DNA of 64,000 nt from Thalia democratica (taxonomy: Eukaryota), in NCBI GenBank assembly GCA_965202585.1, contig OZ241833.1:29078001-29142000 (forward strand). Direction: 5' to 3'. Position numbers and translations under genes: made by a program. Under the pieces are notes generated by a model, which was not told the DNA's origin, did no database searches, and saw only the letters and a program-made list of their open reading frames with translations. Positions 54,269 to 64,000 of this stretch are shown here, piece by piece; position 1 is the stretch's first letter; each line of letters opens with the position of its first letter.

Positions 54269-57200
54269 TTAAAAGTTTTGATTTTTGTTCAGGTTCCTCC
54301 CGAACCCCTCATTCATTTTCCTTCTTCTGGGAACTCCCCTGCTTCTCCTGGGGCTGCCCCGGAGCTTTCCCTTGTCCCTAGCATCATTCCTCATTTGCTG
54401 GTAGCTTCTCATCCCGTCTGCATTATCGAGGTTTCGGAAACGGGGGTTTCCGGTGGAGCGCGGGAACCGGAAGCCATTTTCGTCTTTCGCCATCCTGGAA
54501 TTTTTCCTGAAAGAAGAACGTTTCTTCTTGCTTGGGTAGCTTCCACCTTCAAACAGTATTTGAAATTTATGCTGCTTTAAAACGTAAATCTGTATTATCA
54601 GGAAGACTAAATTTTGTTATGAGATTAAAGTTCAAACAAAACCTGTGCAAAAACAAAAAAATAAGTATTTTCTACCTTTGCCGTAGTTTTGCTTTTCAAA
54701 GTCTTCGTTATCCCATTCTGGCATCAAGTCATTTTCAAAGTGATCTCGGCTTTTACCGGCTGAAAATCTGGGGCGATTGAAACCTTTCACATTGGGCTTT
54801 TTCTGAGCGTCAAATTTCTTGGCAGTGTGCCAATCGTCACCATCAAGCGAAGGTTCAGTTTTCCCGCGCAAAAATCGCATGCGTTTATCGAATCTGGGGC
54901 GATTGAAATCTTTTACGTTGTATTTTTTCCGAGAGTCCGCTTTCTCGACATTGCGCCAATCGTCACCATCAAGCGAAGGTTCAGTTTTCCCGCGCAAAGA
55001 TCGCATAATTTTTTCGAATCTGGGGCGGTCCCGGTTTCGATCGTGTCTTCCCTTATTAGTCTTTTTCGGAAATTCCCGTTGGGTGCCGTCCCAAACAAAG
55101 TCATTATTTCTGGGATACCCGTATTCATCTTCTACGCTTTTTTTTGGTTGTCTAGTTCCGTCCCAAACAAAACCCTGGTCAACACCGTCAAGGGGATTGT
55201 AATGGGGTAAAGTTCGCTTCTTTTTTTCGAACTTGAGGCGGCCCCGGTTGTTGATGCCATCTAGATGTTCACCGGCTGAAGCTTTGCTTTTCGAAGGTGA
55301 TCCCGGTTTTTGAGGGCGTTTTTTATCAATGTTCGTTTTCGGTAAGAGGTAGTCCCAAAAAAAATCAGAGTCCACATCGTCATAAACCAGACCGGAATCA
55401 TCTGCGTTTCGGCTGAAGTCCTCCTCATACCACTTTTTCTTTCGGACTTGATATCTTTTAGGACTTTTTTTGGGAAATCGGAAGCTTTCTACAGGCAGAT
55501 CATCATAAGGATGTTTAGAATCGACATGACCTTTAAGCCGGTATTTCGTTGGTCTTTTGTTGGAGGTTTTATGAGATCGTATAGCAGCAAGACGTTTCTC
55601 AATCCAATCATCTAGATCAACTTCTCCCGGTTTTTTACCATACGGGTTGTCAGAATCATAAACATATCCTTCGAGCTGGTCTATATTACGTATGTTGATG
55701 GGATCTTCCGGAAATTTTCTGGGAAGAGGTAATTTAACGTCCGGAAACATATAAGGAGGACGGTTGGTGAGATTTTTTGGAATTTTACGAAAAGGTGGTT
55801 TGTTGTTGGGCTTTTTGTTAGACGGTTTCCGCCCAACACGGGTTCTATCATTGACATCCCGTAGATTTCCACCCGCAGGTTTGTTACCATACGGATTATC
55901 AGAATCATAAACATATCCTTCGAGTTGGTCTATATTACGTATGTTGATGGGATCTTCCGGAAATCTACTGACAAGAGGTTTTTTAACGGGGTCTTTCGGA
56001 AACCGGTAAGCAGGACGTTTTTTGATGTTTATTGGAATTTTACGAAAAGGTGGTTTGTTGTTGGGCTTTTGATTGGACGGTTTCCGCCCAACACGGGTTC
56101 TATCATTGACATCCCGTAGATTTTCACCCGTAGGTTTTTTGTTGACAGGATATTCGGGTTCGCCGTATTTGTGCTCCCCTTTCGGTTGCCTGGTAAACCT
56201 GGGACTTGGGTTTTTCGAGTAAGACCTGCCTTCGACGGGATTTCCGTCGACGGGGTAATGGTACTTGTCGTTCGGGTCGGCGGTGACAGGCTTGTACTTA
56301 TTTTTTTCACCGCCGTCCCAAACAAAGTCTTTGTTCCTCGGGTACATGTTTTCATCAAACACACTCCTCTTTGGTTTGTTGTCAACATACGGAACCTCAC
56401 TGGGATGCACTTTGATGAGATTACCGGGAAGTATCTCCCACCTGGGCAGCGGGGGCAGCTCTTCCCACGGATTTTTCTTCGGGCCGTTCGCAAGTTTGTC
56501 GTTGGGATTCCATGGTCTACCTACGGGAGGTACTTTAACGTAATCTCGATCACTTGGAAACCCTACAACTTCAGGATCAACAAGGGCAGGGAAATGTTTT
56601 CGTACTGGAGGTCTGCCAATGGCAGGAAATGGTTTTTGTACAGGAGGTCTGTCAATGGCGGGAAATGGTTTTTGTACAGGAGGTCTGTCAGAGGCAGGAA
56701 TTCTGGGTCCGTCGTTGGCGGGAAATGGTTTTCGTACTGGAGGTCTGCCAATGGCAGGAAATGGTTTTTGTACTGGAGGTCTGTCAGAGGCAGGAAATCT
56801 GGGTCTGTCAATGGCGGGAAATTGTCGGCCTGCAGGAGGTTTGCCGATCGGAGGAAACCGAGGTTTCTGATTGGGTTTTGTAACAGGCATCGGCTCTCCA
56901 ATTGGCCATAACTTCGGAGGGTTTTTGGGTCTGGGTTTTTTTGGTCTGCCCGCTGGAGGGTTGCCAAATGGAGGGTTGTTTGGACCTGTCGGTTTCAAAC
57001 TTGGGTCTGTTCCAGGGCTAGGCATTAAGCGAGGTCGTCTACAAAAAAATATCAGGTCTACTTTCCGGTAACTTTTTAAATGATGTACAAAATCATAATA
57101 AACTGTATCGCAACATATTATGTGAAACAAAAAATCCATAATAATTTTTTAAACAAAAAACAGTTTTCAAATACCTTTAATTGATTAACTCTGTTACTTA

Positions 57201-58045
57201 TTGAAAATACAACGTTCAAACTTAAAACAAGGTAAAAAAAAAGTCTGCTAAAAATGGAAGGTTTTTAATCTATTCAAACTTAAGGAGGTGTAGTTAAATT
57301 TAGAAGTTAGACTGAAATAAAAATATCAACTAACGGTGTCGGAGTATTGATTATTGGACGCGGGAGAGGTCTCGGATTGAACCGAGGGTTCCTACAAAAC
57401 ATTTTTTATTTACATTTTATAAAAATATTTGACCTTACATGGTGTGCTTTAAACAAATAAACTAATAAGCTGTGGTTTAAAAAAAAATTACTTAAATTTT
57501 TTCTTTCAAAAAACAGTGTTTTTATTAAATTAAAGTAGAAAAACTCGTTTAAGATGTGGTGTTTTAGTTAAATTTAATACAATAAGATGAAAATAAATCA
57601 AAACTTAACCTAAAAAAGAAGTAAGTCCGTGATGAGAAGCAAGAAAAAAAGACTAAATCAAAATAAAACAATCAACCAACGGTTTAACGTAATTAGTTCC
57701 GATTGACGCGTACATACCGTACGTTCCGTACATGAGCAGAAGGACCGCTCCCACGAACGATCCGATCCTCAGTGGGCTGAAGACGAGGTCCTCTTCGTCA
57801 TCTTCGTAGTCGAGTTCCGTCTGCGCCTGACCGTTCCTCCTCGGATTGGAGCACACTTGGTTGGTCCTGGAACGCGATTGGTTAGTTTTGGAGCGCGATT
57901 GGTTGGTCCTGGAGCGCGATTGGTTGGTCCTGGAACGCGATTGGTTGGTCCAGGAACGCGACTGGTTGCTCTTGGACCGGGTTGGCTGGCACTGGTTGTT
58001 GTTCGACCGGTTAGACCGTGATCTGGCCGGTTGCAGAGTGTTCAT
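54269..58045 (-). CDS. Array copy 1 (complete): orphan ~1000-aa single-pass (probably type II) membrane protein with a Pro/Lys/Arg/Asp-rich repetitive C-terminal region
   Basis: Exon A 57681-58045 (ATG, TNQSRSR repeats, hydrophobic RIGSFVGAVLLLMYGTYGMYASIGT, donor cc|gttggt phase 2); exon B 54676-57038 (phase 2 in, phase 1 out); exon C 54269-54546 (tttgaag| acceptor, stop). All phases match. An AG acceptor just 5' of the ATG (58054-58055) suggests further upstream exon(s). Confidence 0.85.
57855..57990 (-). repeat. 21-bp in-frame tandem repeat encoding TNQSRSR, about 5 units
   Basis: Plus-strand unit ggttggtcctggaacgcgatt; protein SNQSRSWTNQSRSRTNQSRSRTNQSRSKTNQSRSRTNQ. Confidence 0.9.
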
Positions 58046-61000
58046 TGCGTCTGCTGTAAGTTTTATGTGATTGAAGTTTTTAAAAAAGCATTAGCTCTAC
58101 TGTATACTTATCAGCTTGAGGTTCTTCTCACGTTATTTTGTTTGTTCACTCTATCGTTGCCTGTTGAAAAAATTTAGTGATTTTTTACATTAATTGCTGG
58201 TTGCAAGTACTCGTTGCTCATCATGCTGATAATAAGTTGGGAGTGTAATAAAGTTTCTAAGCTAACCAGAAGTATCTTTGTTTTTCAACTTACTTTAAAC
58301 TTGTTTGGTTTAACGATACATTAATTTAATGTTGTATGCTTGATAAAGTTTTTTAAATCTTAAAAGTCTATTTTTTTAGTTTTTTAAAACGATTTCAATT
58401 GCTTAAAAGTTAAAAGAAGTATAAGAGAGAAGTATAAAGTATATTTGGTTTATATTTATTCAAACTTTTAGTTTAGTTTAAGTTTAATGTAGACAAACAC
58501 TTTTCATTTTGCTTTGGCCTGGTATATTTAATTTGTTTTTAGCATCATCAATCAAGTTAATATTACAGGTTTCTTGATATTGTTTGTTTATACATGTGAA
58601 CATTTTTGACGTTTTACAGACCGCTGTCCTTTTAAAGTTTTTTAAAACGTTTATTATTTGAAAAAAAAGAAATCTTCAAGTACTACATACCAATTTATGT
58701 ACTTATTTTTTATTAAAATAGTATATAATAAAAACAATAGATTTTTTAGTAAAATGCAAGAAGCAATCGGTAGCAGACTTTAAAAGTTTTAAGGTGTTAG
58801 AGAACATTTTTTTACAAATTGAATTATAATTTTTCTACAAAACATTTGTTGTACTTTAATCAAACGAAAGATTTATGACTGTTAGCTATTAACATTCTTT
58901 TGTTGCTGTTGCATAGCAAGTAAAGGCTGATAATTGAGGAAAGCATCTATACAAGAGAAATTTAGTTTAATGTTAATTAAACAAAACAGTTAACCTAACA
59001 ACAAAAGTTTAGTTTAATTTACATAATTAGACTTAAAAAAAATTCACTTTAATAACTAACTAAAAAACTAACTCGCGACTATAAGAAATTAAGTTATAAG
59101 ATTCAACAATATAACTAACCTTAAAGTTGCAAATTGCAATGAAGACAGCAATATGAAGAAAAATGAACAATTTCTTGTTGGATTCCTATATATTTCTATG
59201 GCTTTCTGTAAATAGATGATAGATGCTGATAATTTCAGTCTTATTCTGCTATTTTCACTGTTAGCTTTGATCAAAATTTCAGTTAGTAAACACGAAGTGG
59301 TCACTAAAATGTCTTTGTATTTGTAAATAAATCAAAATTTATTTTTAAAAGTCCGTAATTTACCATGGAGACTATTTTTTTATTGTTAGTAATAATGAAA
59401 ATATTCTTAATTGAATAAATTATGAAATGAAATTGATAAACTTAAGTAACATTTAAAACTCCGGAAAAAATATGTTAATTGCATATAAAACTATAAGGTT
59501 AGTCTTCAATAAAATAGGGAACCGCTCAGTTCCAACCCGCGCACAATTCCCACCAGATCAAATCCGAGAACCGCTTACCGACCAAGTGATAGTAAAAAAA
59601 TGGGTGAGAATTGTGAATATACGAACAAAAGACTGTAAAATTTATGAAGCAAAAGTCTGAAGCAAAATCATTATATGCCTGTTTAGTCTAAAAGAACTAG
59701 CTTTTCAAGCAAGGAAAACTACCGTAATTTTTCAAAATATAAAACAAATGCAAAAGCTATCTTTTTATAAAAGTAACACAAACACGAAGCTTACCACTAA
59801 CAAACAAATAAAAACTATAATTTATGGTCAACAAACTAAAACTATTTATCAGCTTTTAGACTTTCTTATCAACCTAACGGATCTTATCTACAACAAACAC
59901 AAAATGAAAGCATTTTAAACTAAAAAATAACTTTGTCTTTCAACATCTGCGTATTATTTATTTTTCTATAACAAAAAAAGTTAGAAAAATAACTTTGTGT
60001 TTATATTTCTGTGTATATTTTTTTTAAGATCAGGTGTTTAAAATTAAAAGTTGGACTTTACGGGTCTTGGCAAGCAGGGTTAGGACTTGAGATTGTATAA
60101 AACTATTTTTCAATGATTAAATTGCATAATTAAGTTTTATGTTTATCTGTGCAAATATTTCTCTGACTCAAAGCTTATACTTTAAGATCTATTTATTTTT
60201 AGTGTTTTAAGGATTTATTACAATACTCAGTTTCATTCAAAAAGCTCATCAGTTATATAAACTTTTGTCGAAATATATATTTTTATAAATTATAATGTTT
60301 TATTTTATTCTTGCATAAAAGTGATTTTACTGTGCGCAAGAAAGTTTTTTCAAAATAAAGGTTTTTTTTACCTTTACTTTTAAATCAAAAATGCTTTAAG
60401 TTTTAATTGTTTTTAGAACTTTTCTATACTACCAAAAAACCTGTAAGTAAGAACATAGCGACATAAGTTTTACCTGGAAAAATGATAAAATAAAGTGTGC
60501 ACAATGCATACCCAGTTTTTGAAAGTCATGAGAACCAGTGGCATGCGAGCGAAATCACCGTGAAAAGGTGCACGTAAGTTGGTGTGAACATCGTTTGGTA
60601 CGACGAAATACTTTCACGCTACTTTTTCATGTGTTCATTCAAAACTTGAAAACTTCTCATCCTCTAGTTAGAAAAAGGATCAATTTTATGTTGTGCTGAT
60701 GATTAGTTGTTTGATTATCATCTAAACTTTAATATTTTGTACTTTTTCCTTCAAAATTTATTTTATCGTCTTAAAAATAACCGAAGAAAACTACATTATC
60801 TTTAAATATTTAAGGAGAATGCAAAAAATAATAAACAAAGGTGTAGTTTTAAGGCTGTTGATTAGTGATTAGAGTAATTTAATTGGTCAAAATCATATAC
60901 AGCTTATGCATATTTTTTGTAACTAAAATATGTTTAAGTTACAATCATTAAACTATACATTAGATACTTTTTGTATTTCTGTGTTACTTTTGTGTCTCAA

Positions 61001-63274
61001 AAATGGAAGCCGATCAACTTTACCTTTTCAATTGTAAGCTTTTTTGATGTTTTAATTTTCTAACTTGCAAATTAGTACAAGTTAAACTAATTATTTTCTA
61101 CCACAATAAGTTTCACTTTTTCGAACCCAGCATGTTTCTAAATTTTTATCTTTTGTCTTGTTTATTTTATTTCTGTACGTTTAAGGCGAAGTTTTTGCTC
61201 AAGTGTGATCTTAACAAGAAGTTTATATATAATTTGAGTTGTCTTTAGAACTTCAAGGTTTGAAATAATAAAATAAGAAATAAAAAAAACTATTGATATA
61301 CTAGAAATGATAACTTTTAAAAAATATCAAAGTAAAAAAGATCAAGCTTGAAAACTATAAAAAAGAGAAAAGCTCGAATTGTGACCAAATGTAAAATTTT
61401 AAAGGTATCAAGTTAGAAAAATAGAATGTTGTCGTGAAAACGATTAATAAATGAATACTTTTGAAATTAAAAAGTTAGGTATGGTACTAAAAAGTCTCAA
61501 AATAAAATTAATTTTGTTTATAATGCTAAATATACTCTCGTTTTAAATCGGACTCAGAATTTAATCATCAATTTTAGTTTATTGAAGCCTAGAGTAGTCT
61601 TAATGTATTTTGAATTTTTTATGTGCTTAAACAACATATAGATTTAAAAAAATAAGAATCATCTTTTGATTTATTAGCTATTTGATGAAAAAAATATAAC
61701 AAGACGTTCTGACTATGTCTTGGACTAATATAAGAATTATAGATTTCAATATTTTGTCTAATGCTAAATATAAGATTAAAAAACAATCTATGTTAAGTTT
61801 CGAGGAAATATTTATTTTTAAGCATGAATTAGCTCACACAGTTTTCATTTTACAAAATGACAACAAGACTAATAAAATTAAATTTATAGTTGTTCTAGGT
61901 CTAGAAACTTACATGTATTACTTATTGTTTTATTTTAAGACTTAGTTTAGCAAGGCGTAAAAAAACCAAGAATGTTCTCAGTCATGTTAGTTTATCTATC
62001 GCAAATGATTTTAGTTGTATTTCTGTTAAAAACAACGTTTATAAAAATGTAAACTCACTAAGTTCGTATATTAATAGTTACTAAGTTCTTTTGTTAAGCT
62101 AGTTCCACATAAGATTTATCTTACTTCCAAGTCAACTTAAATCTTTCTAAAATACAGTCAAACAGTATTATAGAGATTAATTAAAATTTTTCATAAAGTC
62201 AAGTTATGTAAGACTATTTTTATACTTAAGTAAACAGTTTCAGCTTTTTACTCGTTTTTAAATGTGTAATTTTGCTTATTTGCTTTTGGTCTAAAATTTA
62301 TCAAAATACAATGTATTATTTTAAAGCGCTAATGAATAATAAAAAACGAAGCTTTGTTTTAAATTTCTTTTGATTAAGTGAAAAAGTAACGACAAGCTTA
62401 GCTTAACTTAAAAAAAAAATTTGTCGTTCTAAAGTAAGTAACTTTAAAAACAATCAGCATTATAAATTAAAAAGCTTTTTAGTCAAACTGAAGTTTATGT
62501 CAAGTACTGCTTTAGTTGTTAAAGTTCTATGTAGTCTATTGAACAACATTCTGAAAATTATGATGCTTATAGACATTTCCTTGATTTCTTCACATAACTT
62601 TAACAGCTTGCTAACCTTAAAAACTTAAATTTTCTTAAAAGTGCAACTTTTACTTATAAAAATGTAAGAACCTTGCTCTTTCATCATTATCAAAAAAAAT
62701 ATGTATAAAAACACCACATTAAATAATTTCAATACTGGTCTCATTCTAATTCAGGGTTTCTAAAAGTGGGCGGTGTTGCCCATCGAGGAGGAGTTAAAGT
62801 TTCCACCAAGTGAGCAATCATGAACAGGTCAGATTAAACAGCACAGCTTCAAAAGCATTTTTTTAATCAAGAAATCCAAATTAGTAAATACAATATTGAT
62901 TCGCTATGAATAGCATCAAAATATTTTGAAACTACTGAACAAATAAAAATATCTAGCTTAAAAATTTTAATCAATTACGACAAAAACCGAAGCTTTGTAA
63001 ACAAAAATTTCTTAAAAAACTAAGAAAAACCTACTCTTTTTATAAAGACTACTATTGGAAAATACCAACTTTAAGCTAAATAGGTTATTACTAATTTTCT
63101 TGTGTATTCTTATATATTATGTAATACTAAATTATTTATTTAGACAAAGGCAACGTCGTTTCACCCCACAGAGATCTTCAGGCCTATTAAATAAAACGAT
63201 GGATAACTAAATAAAATAGTGCAAAACAATTAATATAATAGTCTTTTAAGCTACCCCAAAAGAATTGTAGTAAA

Positions 63275-64000
63275 ATGCAAATTTTTTTCATAACCTATGA
63301 AGACATTATAAGTTCAATTAACCACTTAAAAGATAAAATCATAAGAACGCCAGAAAACATTCCATCCTATTATATCAAGCATGTTATCCAATCAATAATT
63401 TTTCCACTTTCATTAATATTTAATTGCTCTCTAGAACTATCTGATGTTCCTAAACAATGGAAAACATCTTTTATTATTCCTGTGCACAAGAAAGGTAATA
63501 TACACGATGCGTTAAATTACAGACCAATATCTCTAACAAGTGGCTTTTCAAGAATTTATGAACATATTGTATCTGTAAAAATTCTCAATCACCTCTTTGA
63601 TAACAAATTATTAACTAACAAACAGTTTGGTTTCTTCCATACCGCTCATCAACCATTCAACTGTTTACATGCTTACATTCTTGGTTAGTTCCTTATCTCA
63701 AAAATGAATTTACTAAAGTAGTTTATACGGATATTCAAAAAGCCTTTGATTCAGTTTCACACAAAAGATTGTTAAAAATTTTAAATCAGTATGGGTTACA
63801 TGAAAACTTAATTGATTGGTTTGATAACTTTTTAAATAATAGATCACAAAGAGTACTCATCAATAATACGCTTTCTGACTGTTTAACAATCTACAGTGGA
63901 GTACCACAAGGTGGTGTAGTTGGTCCCCTTCTCTTTTTAGTTTATATTAATGATATTTGTTCAAACATTGATATTAAAAGTGAGTTAAGCTTATTTGCAG
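63275..64000 (+). mobile_element. Non-LTR retrotransposon reverse transcriptase (CR1/L2/Jockey group), frameshifted, runs off the window
   Basis: PLSLIFNCSL...VPKQWKTSFIIPVHKKG...NYRPISLTS...QFGF, a frameshift near 63635, then YTDIQKAFDSVSH...FLNNRSQRV...SGVPQGGVVGPLLFLVYINDI...LFA(D). Confidence 0.93.

Larger units (their letters stand above)
35770..57852 (-). repeat. Head-to-tail tandem array of five gene-sized units
   Basis: The exon-B acceptor landmark (tgtag|acgacctcgc) recurs at 38324, 42961, 47395, 52490 and 57038 (spacings 4637, 4434, 5095, 4548). Introns and spacers are near-identical. The unit junction lies inside exon A at GCTCCA. Confidence 0.97.

Noticed and set aside
56580-56830. 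36-bp direct repeats as a CRISPR array
   Set aside because: The units are contiguous without unique spacers, stay in frame in a eukaryotic exon, and no cas genes are present.
36357-57071. Many plus-strand and alternative-frame ORFs inside the array (e.g. 37588-38169, 46624-47268, 56171-56911)
   Set aside because: Shadow ORFs of the repetitive, GC-richer coding strand. They recur only because the units are recent duplicates and have no independent splice or start support.
59089-60620. Candidate upstream coding exons for the array gene (~59123-59303, ~60475-60600)
   Set aside because: They have plausible splice sites, but the phases do not join each other or exon A into an open frame. They could be UTR exons; unsupported.

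Overview
AT-rich, intron-containing eukaryotic (invertebrate metazoan-like) genomic DNA; the organism cannot be identified from the sequence alone. No rRNA, tRNA or CRISPR array was found. In order: (1) a minus-strand cytosolic threonyl-tRNA synthetase gene (12 phase-consistent exons, 3' end outside the window) whose first exon encodes an ArgRS/TARS3-like leucine-zipper extension ahead of internal Met codons; (2) a decayed intronless BTB-BACK-Kelch pseudogene; (3) a foldback element with a 9-bp TSD; (4) an intronless Dcp2-like Nudix gene with a long N-terminal Ser/Lys-rich tail, split by a 1-nt gap in an A6 run; (5) decayed coding fragments, including a Caspr/neurexin-IV-like piece; (6) a complete 6-exon DDAH gene; (7) a decayed Penelope-like element; (8) a ~22-kb head-to-tail array of five ~4.4-5.1-kb copies of an orphan 3-exon gene (~1000-aa single-TM, Pro/Lys/Arg/Asp-rich repetitive protein), in which only the upstream copy keeps the ATG-bearing 5' part of the first coding exon; (9) a non-LTR retrotransposon RT running off the right end. 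hAT-type MITEs are scattered throughout. Exon models were built by hand from GT-AG sites and phase continuity.
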